A stretch of DNA of 64,000 nucleotides from Ascidiella aspersa (Eukaryota). Positions within the stretch are counted from its first letter, which is position 1. The number at the start of each line of letters is the position of its first letter. The stretch spans positions 6,882,001 through 6,946,000 of the forward strand of contig OZ004611.1 of NCBI GenBank assembly GCA_963924565.1, read 5' to 3'. The notes below the pieces were generated by a model. That model was given only the letters and a program-made list of their open reading frames with translations, was not told where the DNA came from and ran no database searches. The position numbers were made by a program, and so were the translations under genes. Positions 26,601-39,972 of this stretch are shown here, in pieces.

Positions 26601-27249
26601 CAAAGCGTAAAAATCGCTCCAAACTGCATATATTTTAGCTGCATGGAGCTTGAGTTTAGCAAAGTATAGAAATTTAATGTAAACTACGCTTTGCGCAGCT
26701 CAGCTGTAGTGCAAATGGCATTTAAGTAAAAAAAAGGAATTTGGCACTTATTATTAAATAAGAATAAGTTTAATTATTTTTTATATATTTTAAATAGTTG
26801 CATTTAGATAAATTCTTTAACCTGAGACTATATTTTGGTAATTTCAAAGGGTCATCAGATTCAAGCTTTACATCTGTTGGACAGTCCGACCAAGAGTCCC
26901 TAATAAAAAAAGTATGTTTTTCATTTTTTAAATGTGGGCCAACTCATGGGCGCCGAACTTTAATCACACAAATTATGTGACGGTTCTTGGTTACCAGATT
27001 TTGTTTTGTTGCACATTATGACTCAGAATTTAGCATAGTGTCACTTTCGCCTGTAGGCTAGCTAAAAAGTTCCAATAAAATGGGCAAAACTTAACATTAA
27101 ATAAAAAAAAAATAGTATTTATGAATAATTAATAAGCTTTTGGTAAACTAAGACTGCTACAGGAATTAGTTTTGCACACTAAATGTATGCATTGTTTCGT
27201 GATTTAATTTTATAAATATTTTGTGCAAATCTTGTAATTTGATTTTAAT

Positions 27250-28700
27250 TTAGATGCACCACACTCTTCAGCTCGTGCAGGACGACCTTATGTGCCAAAC
27301 AGAGAACCTGTTCTTATAAGAAGTATATAAATCTTTATAAATAGAATGTTGTCAAATCTCAAAACATATTGAACAGTAACATCATCTGTACAATATATAT
27401 AAATCTTTAATATCTGGAAGGACTAAAAGTTGGATCACCAATAATTGCGTAAAAAATTATTGATTTTATATATAAATTTATATTTGTTTGTTTAGATACC
27501 CATCTTTAAAAAATATTCTGTTTTAGCAGACAAAAATGATCAGAATAAAATAGTAAGTTTGTATAATGTTGTGCTCGGCGTATCTTCTAAATAAATTAGT
27601 CCTTATTGTTAATATGTTAATCATAGGGAGGGAACATTGGTAAATAATGCTCTTCGCCGAAAATTGCCACCTTCCGAAAATGAAAAAAAAATTTGGAACA
27701 AAAACCCCAAAACCACCCGTATAGAAACAGCAGTTACTTCGGCAAAACGAAGACTTGTAAATCGCACTTGTATAAACTATAAATGTGATGCAATAAATCG
27801 TCATGGAAATCTATCCTCACACAGTATGGAGATGCATATTAAAGACATGACCAAGGAGTGTACTAAAAATGTCAAAAACATGGAAATGATCAGAGACCGC
27901 ATGCAAAGAACATTTATTTTTAGACAAAAAGAGGCACAAGAAGGCTTAGTATCTGTGGCATGTACATACTCTGTTACTTATTGTGACTTTTTGTGGTTTC
28001 TACAATAATTGCTCTGTTTGTAGCTGATTGATGAAGCACAAAGAATATTTAAGGTTGATTTTGACAATGAATTACCAAACAAATTACAAAAAATATGGCC
28101 CCTGGCTACAACGCTATGTGTACCAGATTTCGTTTCGAAACTGATAAGACAGCGAATCGATGGTAGAGAAAAGCATAATATGCTTATGGTGGCACGCACC
28201 CCTTCGAGTGAATTGCTGAATGAATAGATATATCCATCTTATTTCAGTTACGTAAATCTATGAAATCGGGTTGTTTTTAATCAATGATGACGCAGCCGTG
28301 GTTGCAACCAGTGCAAAACCTAACAAAGAAATTTTTCATTGGCACGCGAGTTGTTGGCCATTATGGTGAGTAAATGTCAGTCTGTCTTCTGCGATTTGAA
28401 ATCTGCCTCCTAATTTCGGAAAGTTATTGTGTAATCAACCTTGCTTGTTTACGGAACTACTGACTCTGAGAATATGCATTTCATTTTGCATTGAAAATTA
28501 TATTCAAATAGTTAGTTTGTCACAGATGTATTCAAACACCGCATACGTACACTAATTTTTAATGAATTTCACCCAACGGTGATTGTTTTGTTTTTAGCAA
28601 AAGGTAAAAAACTTTTTTGAAACTGAATTTATTTATTTTCATTTTATCTCAGGTGATGAATGTGTAATCAAGAATATCGAATCCTTATGTAAAATACCAA
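27250..28700 (+). pseudogene. SAMD3-like CACTA accessory gene remnant (second family)
   Basis: ORF 27637-28008 has HIKDMTKECTKNVKNMEMIRDRMQRTFIFRQ, followed by the exon LIDEAQRIFKVDFDNEL, with short introns. Confidence 0.5.
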
Positions 28701-29732
28701 CAAACACAAAAGTATAAAAATGCATTGAGGTTGAACTCTTAGGCTGAATCCCAACCGGATGGAACGCTATTTCTTTTGTTACGCACAGCAGACAGATACG
28801 ACTAAACGCGTTTTCAGCGAGATAGCGCGTGCACTACTTTTGGCCGTGACTGAAGATGTTTTCGAAGGTTTCTGTTTGGAGCAGACATTTTTTTTTAAAT
28901 TATTATGGAAATATAATCCCGGAACGGTTGAAAAGCCTTTTTTAGTTTGTTCTAATTAAATTGGAAAGTGCCAAGAATAATATATTTCTACAAATATGGT
29001 CTACCCAGCACTTGTGTTGCCGTATGAAACCACTTGTTACGTTTCCAAATCCATATTTCTCCCAAACGGAAACAATTAGGAATGGAATTTATGTAGCAAT
29101 GTCAGCGTATTTTACGACTATCGTGAATCCAAAGTTCAACCGCGCGGTCAGTCGTCACACACGGCCTTGTGACATTTATCGGTTACACAGCAAAATTGGA
29201 TTCGAATCCACGGATCCAATATTTCACTTCCCTATAGAAGATCACTCTACAAGCAAATATGACAGACCACCACCACCTTCCAACAGTGTACTCATACCAG
29301 ACCAATAAATTTAACAAGAATCAAAAGAAAAAAATGTTTCAAAAATCTTACAAAATAAACGACACTGAAAAGAGCTCAAGCCATACAAAGTTTTTAGTTT
29401 ATACTTTTGTCAATAAGCCTCTTTACATGGTGAAATTAAGTGGGTTAACACGGTTCTCTAACCCATTTAAACTGACGCAGCAATTTTTCGTTTTCGTTAC
29501 GCTTCGCTGAATATCGTGCTTAAGCGCGTCAACTCTAACCCGCTCGTCACAGGTAGGTTACGCGCTTGTTTAGTGGGTTACGATTTCTTTGTTTTAAGTC
29601 TTGGCTGTGGTTTAATTACTGTGCATAAAATTTGGACTATGCAAAGCAAGTTTATACTTGATTAGCCTAATTTCATCTGAATTTATTATAATGAATAATC
29701 TATAAATAGTGTTTAGGTTTTTTAAAATCAGT

Positions 29733-31050
29733 ATGAAAAAGCAGCAGATACTATCCCGGGCGTCATGGACCGATCACGATGCCATGATTTTAGTTGACCT
29801 AATTGCCGTTAGGCAAATTGATGGCCGAAAACAAAGAAACAAACCAATATTTGATAATTTGGCAGAAGAAATGAAGACGCAGCATGCATTAACTTACACT
29901 AGGTTTGTTTATTTGGCATGCATTTTTTTCGTTTCATTATTTGAATCTTACTTTCATTATTTGAATATTTTTTGTCTTGAATTATATAATTTTATGTCCT
30001 AATTCCTTTATTCAAGTTCTATATTAATAGTTTGTTTAAATTTGTAAATGATTTAAGAATAAAATAATTATCATTACCTAATACCACAAATAAAAACAAA
30101 GACTAATGTATACACTAAGCATTTAACCCTAACATTTGCTATTGAATTGATCCATGTTAAGGTATAAAAATCCCATAAAACTTGAACATAAGTTTTATTC
30201 AGCTTTGGTATTTTATTTTTTTTTATTTTACCACTGTACATGGATGTAGTTTACAGCTAAGGGAAAAATGGAAAAACCTCAAAAGAATCTACAACAAAAT
30301 CATTACAAATTTGAAAGTGTCAGGATCAGACAGTTCGGATCGGGATAATTGGATTTTTTTCGAGAAAATGAATGCTCTTTTTTCTACAAGACCAAATGCA
30401 CAAGTAAGATAAAATTTTTGCAATGCTTAGATAAACAATATAAATAACAAATCTGTGTTATTAAGGCTATTGCAAGTGATGGAATAGATTCTATGGCTAT
30501 GCCAGAGAGTTCAGAAGAGACAGCAAAAAACATCTTGCCCTTGCTATATTTCAGTAGAAATTTCAAATAAATGCTAATCTTGTTTTTAGCAGTTGACGAA
30601 ACACCAAACATAGGTAAGAAGATGAATGGTTTTATTGTGATTTAGCGTAATTAGCTTTTAAATGTAGACTTCTGAATAGTGTACATTTAATTTTTTGATG
30701 GTGCTATACCTGGAAATGTGTTTTAAGTTTTATGCTACACTGTACTTCCCAACATTTGTAATTTGCAGACCATGAACCTTGTACCAAAGAGACGCCGGCT
30801 TGTAAACAAAGGTGAGCTTTGCAAAATATTTGTATTTTAAAATAAATATCTATTTAAAACAATTTTATAAAATACTAGTATGGCTTTACAGAGTCAACTG
30901 ATTCATCATTCGAAAAACTATGCACCTTTAATGATAACTCCGAAAAAGAGAGAATCAGAACTGATTTCCAACAGGCAATGTGGCTCAACTGTCCCCTCCA
31001 CAACTACCCATAGAACTCCAGGTCATGGTTCCACAAACAAGTTCATCAGA
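29733..31050 (+). pseudogene. Myb/SANT (trihelix) DNA-binding gene of the Harbinger element
   Basis: Exons read SWTDHDAMILVDL..RNKPIFDNLAEEM and QLREKWKNLKRIYNK..SGS..WIFFEKMNALF. Confidence 0.8.
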
Positions 31051-31619
31051 TGAAGAACTTTAACTTCTGTATGCCTACATATCTTTATTTTTTTTTAACT
31101 TTCACCTTTGTAATCATGCACCTTTCTTTCTACGTATGCACATAAAATACTAATGCTGTACATATTTTTCTTTCATTTTTTGTTTATCCAGTTTGTTTAG
31201 CTATTGTACATTATATCCTTTTACTTTTTTAAGCTTACCAGTGCAACTGTGTTTTTTGTTATCATGCACCTCTCTACCTTACTGTTTTGCATATATGTTT
31301 CTTCACCTTTCATTTTTGTTTTAAATTTGCAGTGCACTGTGTTTGCAGTTCAACAAACAACTACTGTGTGTTTCTTTTTTTCAAGATTTTTTTATTGGCA
31401 ATTATTTTTATTTCTTTTAACTGTACATAATATGCACCTTCTTATACTGTTTTACATATAGGCACTTTCATTTTTTTCAAAATACAATACTGTACATAAG
31501 AATCTTTGGTGTTGGTTCCAATGTTTCATAAAACAAAATTAGGTGACTGTGTTTTATTACAAACGCACAACAAAAGAAAAAATCATCGACAAAACAATAC
31601 TACGAAAATTGCACAAAAA

Positions 31620-33000
31620 CAGGCCTATAAAATACGACTTGACTGTCTTTGGGGCAGATTTTTGTTAATATGTTGCATCAAAATATCACGATGATGCACA
31701 CCATCACCTGTAGCTACATCACAGGGCCTACTGACAGGCTGGTCAGCAAAAGGTAGATGATGGCCGAATGTGTAACTGCATTATGTAAAATACAGCAAGC
31801 TCCAATTATTGTTGGTGCAAAATCTATGCGTGCTGAATCAATCTTCCTTAGTATGCGCCACCGGGCCTTGAGCTTTCCAAATGCATTTTCCACTACAATG
31901 CGTGCACTACTGTGATAACAATTAAAAGATTCTTTTTCTGGTGAAATTCTTGTCCCAATGTAGGCTTAATCAGCCATGGTAATAGTGGATAGGCGGGATC
32001 ACCAAGAATAAGCAGTGGTACACCTTCAATATTTAAGGGTGCCTAGAACAAAAAAAGTTGTGAAATACATAATTAATATAGTAAACAATTATAAGAGTTA
32101 CACTTACTTTTGGTAAAGTATTGGAGGGCTTGAACAATGCTGAGTTCTTAAAAACTGATGCGTCATGGCAACTTTCAGGCATTTTGATGCTTACATTTCT
32201 AAAACTAAAAGTTTATTTAATTATGTAAGTGTTAAAAAAAAAAAAAAAAATTTCACAACAAAAATCATCACTGCATAAATTATTTAAACTAACCATAATT
32301 TGTCATCGACAACAGCTTGCAGCACATAAGAATCCCAACCTTTGCGGTTCGTATAATCTTTCTTTCCTTCTATAGGAGCAGTAACGGCAATGTGCGAACC
32401 ATCAATGCAGCCCATAACCTGGCAATACATACCAATTATTATATAACTAAACTTTGGTAAACCATGTGCACCTACAGAGAAAAACAATTTACCTGTGGAA
32501 AGTGGTACTTTAGTTCAAATCGTTGTGCTATTTGTTTTGCTTCCTCAACATTTGGCATATAAATATGTACGTCTTAAGTCGCTTAATTAAACTGTTGCAT
32601 AATCTGTATTAACATTTTGAAAATTTAAGGTTTTGAAAAACAGTATTATACTATCATATAATTTATGGTTAAAATACAACTTAGAAATTACCGTAAAAGA
32701 CAGTTGTGAACTGAGGAATCACTAACTCCAAACAATTCTCCTATTGTTCGATACTCTGCAGAAGAAGCCAGTTTATATAAAACCCAATAGCCACCTCACC
32801 GTGTATTCATCTGCAAAGAATTTTGATTAATTTTTTGTACTATTTATATAGCTCAAAACTATATTGATTACCTGGTTTCATGTCGTCTCCCACAGCACAT
32901 TATTGACAAGGTCATCAAAATTTGTTTTTTTCATTCTAAAGTGTTTAAGCCACTGACCATCATTAAATCCAACAACAACCTATATGTACATGAGTGTATT
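31620..33000 (-). pseudogene. Harbinger DDE transposase (HARBI1-like), multi-exon, frameshifted
   Basis: Reads WLKHFRMKK, YKLASSAEYRTIGELFG, GCIDGSHI..NRKGWDSYVLQAVVD, HDASVF, ILGDPAYPLLPWLIKP and SSARIVVENAFGKLKARWRIL..ACCILHN. Confidence 0.9.
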
Positions 33001-35039
33001 TTTACCTCAACTTACAATTTTGATTTTAAATGCCACAAAACATACCTATACACTTGAAACTTGTGATACATAGTTTCCTAATTATTTCAATAATAAGCTG
33101 AAATTAAAAAAGGTGTATACTTATCTAAAGTGCTGTTAAACCAAAATTCAAGCATATATGCTTTCCAGAGTTAGAAGTCAACATAGTATTGCTTTGCAAC
33201 TACGCCGCCTGCAACATACAGAACGAACGTTAACAGACATTTTCGCTTTTTGTCAGATTTTCCTAACATTTTTTCCCAAATCCACTCGCTTATCGTGTTA
33301 ACACAATAATTACCGCAACTCTCTAACCCGTGTTACCTAACCCACTCATGTAATTATTAGGCTTAATGTCAAAACAACTATTTTACCAAAACAAAAATCT
33401 GGAAAGTAGTTAAATATGATAATGTTACAGATCCCCCAAATAATTTATACCTAAAAATCGACAACAAAGACAAAAGGAGTCCTATAGCCCCAGTTCCCAA
33501 AGTAAAAAGTTAGCTGGCGATTTTCGCCCAATAGCAATAACCACCAGTGCAAAATAATCTTTTCCAACTTACCAATTTTGATGTCCGGCTCCGATGTATT
33601 TTTTAAAATGCTACTATATGCTTACTACTACTCTCAATGTTAACAGCAACAACCCTTAACAGATTTGAGGCGGCAACAGATGATACGGACTACTCTGACT
33701 GGCCTATTTTATAGTTTTTAAATCAACTTTAAATACTTTAAATGGTATTGCATTATAAAATCACATTTCGTTGTGACGTAATAGTTTTAGCAGTTACTAG
33801 TAGTCTCTTAAACATTGTAAGAAACAAAAAAATGGTACGCGAGTGGATAAAGTTTGGGGGAACACCACTGTTGTTGGGGCATTGATGGAAACTTGTGGAT
33901 AATACCTTTGTTTAGTTTATAGTCTCAGTCCAGCGATTAAAGCGTTGCAAACAAACAGCACTAAAAATATCAAATCACATGAGAGATAGCTGTGCTCGCT
34001 GTCAGCGAGTTTTTGAAATTGGGGCGTAATTTTTCTTAGGCATAGCCGCATGTCGGCTTCAACTTCCAGTCAGTTTCGCTGTTTAGTTCAATGCACACAT
34101 GGCGCTCTCCCAAATCCAAGTTGTTGCAAATGGAAAGCCCAAAAGTGAATATTTGCAGAATCTTTGGGGTATTTGTGTTTGAAGGACGCAAAAGAAATAC
34201 GATTTGCTGCTTCTGTTGTGTTCTATGTCCATAAATTGTTCGATGGGAAGTCTAAATACAGTCTACTACTGCCCGACACTAACAGTGTACAGTATAGCAA
34301 TTTGCAAATATGATCAGGCTTTTTACATTTGATTTAACAAAGTGAAGCCGGGAAATAACTTAAAGTTTATTACTCGATTTCAAGGTTATAAAAAACATTT
34401 TCAAAAACCACTTAGATAAAACCACTAGGAGTGGCAGCCCTGGAAACAACCAAAGACGTGTGTTGCTGGACTATTCCGCTGTTTTTTCGCCGATATCTTC
34501 AGTGTTGTTTTCAGATTTCCAGGTATGCAGTCCAGGATTTTATGCTCACATGATATAAATATAAATTTTGTGCACGCTAACAGTCATATTATTTTTCATT
34601 CTTATTTATAAACCTATAAATATAACTACAAATACAGCTTTAGCTTTTACTATCCTAACGTATATTTAGTCATTTTTACTCCCTAGTAGTATTTTAATTG
34701 TTCAATATTAGCCTAATTAAAATGTACCAGTCAGCTTTTAGGGGCGCACTAATAGTATAGTATGGGTAAAAATATATATATATATAACTCTAAAGGCCCG
34801 TTATAACACTAAAGGCCTAAACTTTTTCAAGTGTCAATGCGGCCCACTATAATAAAATGTTGGACATCCCTGCTTTAGACAATAAATTCGTCCTTGCAAA
34901 CATATATGTTTGCTATCTTCAAGAAACATGTCACTAATGACTTGTCGCGTCGTGCCTGAAAGCGACTGTGTCCAAATCCCCACCGATAAAGCGCGCGAAA
35001 CTTGAACTGGTCAAAAGCTATAGGCTATATTATTCAGTC

Positions 35040-37915
35040 GTGATCATGGCGGATGGAAATTTTGGCAGTATGGATTTGGAAACGAAGGGTTGGACACTTT
35101 TCCGCACTTTATTGAAACATGAAGATAAGTTTCACAACTACGCAAGGATGTCTTAAATTGTTTTTTGAACTAGTTAAGCTGGTAAAACTTTGAGTAAGAC
35201 TTTTTCGGCTGTACCGTAGTGTAAAATGATGTTTGCAGATTTTTTTCAAATATGTCTCTGCTATGATATTTGGCAACTGGAGACAGCTACAAAAGCTTCC
35301 GGAGGTATGCAACGCAATTTGGAACGTTTTGCAGTCATTATACATGCCAGAAGTGACCGAAGAAATCTGGTTGGATGTATATTTTGAGCTTTGGAATTTC
35401 CCGAATTATATTGGTGCTATCGATGGCAAACGTGTCCGCATCAAATGTCCTGTGCGAGCTGGATCGCAATTATAAAAGTTATATATTCAATTGTATTGGA
35501 AGCAATTGCACATGCTGATGGTTGTTTTTCTTCTTCTATCATCGAGGTAGGGGATTACGGAAGAAATAGGGATGGCGGGGTTTTTTGCACTTCTATGTTT
35601 GGGCAAAAGATGATTGGAAATTAATTCATTGGACATCCCGGAAAATTGCCCACACTCCGGAGAAACCGAAAATGACTTTCCATATGTGTTGGTCGGAGAC
35701 GAAGCATACCCTCTGCTACTAAATAAAAACGCGTGTTTAACGCTTGTTTATCTAGAGCAGTGGTTCTCAAAGTGGGCGATGATTAAATTGGGCAGTAACA
35801 AGAACAGTGACAAACTAAACATTTGCACTGTTCGTATAATATAATTAAATGCTTCGATTTTTTTCTTGTCATAGAACAGTGATTCCCAACCAGGGGTCGC
35901 AGAGCATTTCATAGGGGGTCGCGAAGCTATTGCTCGGGCGAGGTACCGGTCCGCTAGCACTCATCCAGTATGCGTCCACTGTAATGTAATAAATATGACT
36001 GTAGGTCCCTACAGTAACGTTTATTATTACATCACAGTGAACGCATACTGTGTAGGACTAAGCGTTCAGTCACTGTAAATTGAAATTCTATTAACAAAGT
36101 AGCCTTGTATATTAGACAACAGAGATCGGTCAAGACTCGAGATTGCTAAAAAATAGTTAAGGGAGAGCATCGTTCGAAAAAACGAAAATACATTGAAGAG
36201 TACATTAACCTCGGCTTTACTTCTTTATTGACCAATGGTGTTGAGAAGCCACAATGTGTTCTCTGCAACGTTCTTAGCGCAGAATCATTGAAACCATCAA
36301 AATTGGAAACCAAGCACCCGCTAAAAAGGATGCGCAGCATTCTTTAAGCGCCATGAAGCTGGTCTCAAGCGGCAACGGCTTGATGCTACTGGATACTTTC
36401 ATCAGGTAAATGTGGCTGTACTTCAGGCGTCCTATGAAGTCGCACTGGAAATTGCCTCACACTATTGGGGAAAAACACTTGTGAAGCCATGCTTGTTAAA
36501 AACAGTAAAGCTGGTTCTCGGGGATACAAGTGCGGCGAAAGTTAAACAAGTCTCTCTTTCTAACAATACCATCAAGAGACATGTCCAAAGATGTAAAACA
36601 GTGCAAGTGATACAGGAGATCAAGGCTTCTCCGATGTTTTCAATTCAGGTAGACGAGACAACAGATGTTAGTTAGCTTCATGTGCTCAGCTTCTCGTTTT
36701 TGTCAAGTATATCAATTCCGGTGACTTCAAAGATGAATTTCTTTTCTGCAGTGAGCTGGAAACTAGTACAAAAAGTGCAGATGTTATGAAGAAGATGACA
36801 ACTTTTTTTGAATCTGCCCAACTTGATTGGACAAATGTTTGTGGAGTTTGTACCGATGGCGCCCCTTCTATGTTGGGATCGCTGTCTGGCTTTCAAACAC
36901 AAGTTAAGGGGCTTGCACCTGAAGCAAAGGGAACGCACTGTTTCATCCATAGATATATGCGCTTGCCAGCAAAACATTACCAGCTCAACTAAAAGATGTA
37001 TTGAATTCTGTGGTGAAAATCGTAAATTTTATCAAAGCAGAAGGTCTCAGCTCACGTCAGTTCAAAGAACTTTGCAAGGATATGATGAACTCAACACACG
37101 AAACGTTCTTAATCGCGTTTATGAGATGAAGGTTGAGATTCAGGTATTTTTAGAATTTAAAAATAAAAGGGAATTTTTGTCATACTTCAATGATGATATG
37201 AACTGCTTGCCTGGCTTATTTGGCGGACATATTTGAAAAATTGAAAACTGCCTAAATCTGAAACTTCAAGGGAAAGACACAAATATTATACAACTCAATG
37301 ATAATGTCAAGGCATCAAAATTGAAAAACTGGCAGCGAACATTTGCTATGTTTGACAGATTGTCCAGTGTTCGAAGATTTAAAAAAATGGATTGTGGCAC
37401 ACCTGCTCCAACGTTACAAAATCCGTTTTCCGTTTCTTTGGATGCAAGTGGGCATTCCTGATGAAATCCAAGATCAATATTTTGATCTTAAGAATGTGAC
37501 TCATCTGCTCGAATTCACTACCATGAAAAGTCACTCTCTCAATTTTGGTGTGAAATGTATGAGTGGTTTTTCAGCTCTTCTACATATGAAAACGAAGGAA
37601 AGAAATAGAATGAATGTGGAAGACGACATGAGACTGGCTCTGTCTAGCACCCAACCTCGAATTTCACGGTTAGCTGCAAGCAGACCTACAAGGTCAACAA
37701 CCATCGCATTGATTTGTCAATAAATGCAAGAAAAACATTTTTAGTGCTGCCTTTCTAAGTGGGGGTCACCAAGACAAAAAGGTTGGGAACCACTGAGCTA
37801 GAACAATTGTGTCCAAAATAATTTTTCATTTCTTCTCGCATGTTGCAGATACAAAAGGGTATTTCAGCCTCGAGAAAGTTACTGTGATTGTGAATGCCAT
37901 TATATTCTTAGATTT
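35040..37915 (+). mobile_element. Third Harbinger transposase remnant (intronless), split by a Buster insertion
   Basis: Reads KFHNYARMS, WNFPNYIGAIDGKRVRIKCP, YGRNRDGGVF and FPYVLVGDEAYPL before 35758. The decayed C-terminal part (EKVTVIVNA) resumes after 37803. Confidence 0.8.
35758..37795 (+). mobile_element. hAT Buster/Charlie element with ZBED5/ZBED8-like transposase pseudogene
   Basis: Left ends cagtggttctcaaa (35758) and cagtgattcccaacc (35877); right end ggttgggaaccactg (37795). Flanks atctagag/agctagaa match at 6/8. The protein reads KRKYIEEYINLGF..PQCVLC, SLSNNTIKR, FSIQVDETTD, CTDGAPSM, HCFIHR and RNRMNVEDDMRLALS. Confidence 0.9.
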
Positions 37916-37919
37916 TAGT

Positions 37920-39300
37920 TAGTGAGCCGGGGGTCGTAAATAATGAGTAATTCAAGTTATCTCCAGTATGGGTCTATTCCAGCCCCGCATTCCGAATCAC
38001 AGCCGATGTGTTTGCTGTGCTCGAAAGTGTTTTCTAATGAAGCGATGAAGCCGTCCCCAGACTTTCCGAGCATTTAGCGAAAATTCAACCAGATAAAGTA
38101 GGCAAGACTGCAACATTTTTTCAAACGCTCTGGGACAATTTCAAAAAACAGAAAACCATTAGCACAATATTTTCAAACCTTTTCAATAAATACAAGTAAT
38201 GATGGATTACGTGCGTCTTACAATTTGTCTTTGATGATTGCAAGAAAAGGCAAGCCGCATACGATCGGCGACGAATTGATCTTACCATCAGTGAAGGGTT
38301 TTGGACACCGTTTTGCACCACAAGGCTTCTTCTGCAGTTATTATTAAATATGTTCCTCTGAGTAACAAGACGGGAAGACAAGATGGCTACCGATATAGAA
38401 GATAGCATAGGCAACATCATCAGAAACAGAATTTAGTTTACAACCGCTTTAACACTGGATTCAGATACCCGGGGTGAGACAGTATTTCAGAAAGTTAAAA
38501 CATATTTTGAAATGTCATAGCGTGTGCAACTGACGGTGCCCCATCTATGATGGGCCGTTACCGTGGCTTCATAGCATTTCTAAAAGCAGCGAATCCCCAA
38601 CGTGCTTACACCATTGTGTGTGATTCATCGGCAGCATTTGGTGGCCAAGAATACCAGTGATCGTCTTAACCTCTCACTGAAGACCTGTGTCATCAGGGCA
38701 GTAAATAAAATTAAAGCTCATGCGCTTACTTCTACACGGAAGTAAGATGGCTCTCAAGGGAAATATTGCCTTGCACGATTTTACACACTGATAGATACTG
38801 TTGAATTCTTAGAAAGCTGTGACCCTGGCCTTGCCAAAGACATTATTGCTATAAAAAATGATATCTATCGCATACTTGTCAGATATATTTCCAAATTTAA
38901 CGAATTGAACCTGGGCAACGAGGTAAATCTAATCAAGGTAAAATCAACAGTGTGTGGATTCAAAAATAAGCTTGTGTTGTATGGTCGAAATTTAGCTAGA
39001 CGCGAATTCTTCCAGTTTTGCAGCTTGCAACACTTGCTACCAGCGACAAAGGTAGTTCTACTGTTGTTGTTGAGACATACAGCAAGCATATATTACATTT
39101 GGAAATTCCTGACTGGAAATCGACCCGTTCAGTGATATTTCCGAGCAATCTTGCAGAGGAACTTATTTATATTGCAAATGATTTTGAACTCAAACCAAAA
39201 TTCCATCATTTTGGCTGCAAAGATATGTCCTCACGTGTGGGATCGGGTAAAAATTTTTTTATTGCGTGGAGCGTACGTTTAGTGCCGTCACTTTAGTATT
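37920..39300 (+). mobile_element. Second Buster/Charlie (SCAND3-like) transposase remnant
   Basis: Reads QPMCLLCSKVFSNEAMKPS, IARKGKPHTIGDELILP, ACATDGAPSMMGRYRGF, CVIHRQHLVAK and TEVRWLS. Confidence 0.85.
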
Positions 39301-39941
39301 GTTTTCGTTTGTGTAGTAGTAACTGGTCAACAGCGCGTCTGTATGAACACAATTTATCGACCAATATATTGCAAATGTTTTATATGAATAAAATATTTAT
39401 AAATTTTTACTTTGTCGTCAAAAGAGTTGTTGTTAAGTTATTACTTATTCTGAATAAATTTCAGGAAATAAATTATAAACTCTAAAAGTAAAGTGGCTTA
39501 ATTTAGAGTAAATAAGAAAATCCACACAGAACTAGGTAGCAATATTGTACAGGTTTGAAATCAGGACTGCTGAGTCGGACTCGGGACTCGAGTAAGACCA
39601 TGTAAAACTACCCGAGTCTGACATGCGCAGTAAACTAATATGACCGCCAACTGAAAATTGTAAAGGTGGAATAGCATGTGGTGGAATATTTTCCAACCAT
39701 GTATTATGAATGAGTTATACGAACGACACCCCTGTAAGTGGTAGCTGAATATCCATGTTATTTTGGTTACGTAAATTGGCGGAATACAGGCTGTTTAGTC
39801 AGGGCCGGACTCTGTTGTCATTTTCAATGTAAGTTTGTGAAAAGCAATTTTTACCTCGAGTGCTTCTTAAGTTTGGAGTTGCTGGAGGTTGTTGTATCAA
39901 AGCCCATGTATAGAAAAGCAGTTGACATCTTGTAAACAGCT

Positions 39942-39943
<2 letters not shown>

Positions 39944-39972
<29 letters not shown>
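39944..39972. repeat. (AT)n microsatellite
   Basis: Uninterrupted AT dinucleotide run. Confidence 0.95.

Larger units (their letters stand above)
29417..33362. mobile_element. Near full-length PIF/Harbinger transposon with convergent Myb/SANT and transposase genes
   Basis: Imperfect terminal inverted repeats gcct..ttacatg..gtgggtt..aacacgg at both ends, flanked by TAA and TTA, enclose the two genes listed next. Confidence 0.75.

Noticed and set aside
31204-31461. Hydrophobic short ORFs here and elsewhere as membrane proteins
   Set aside because: They are chance products of T-rich non-coding or UTR sequence.
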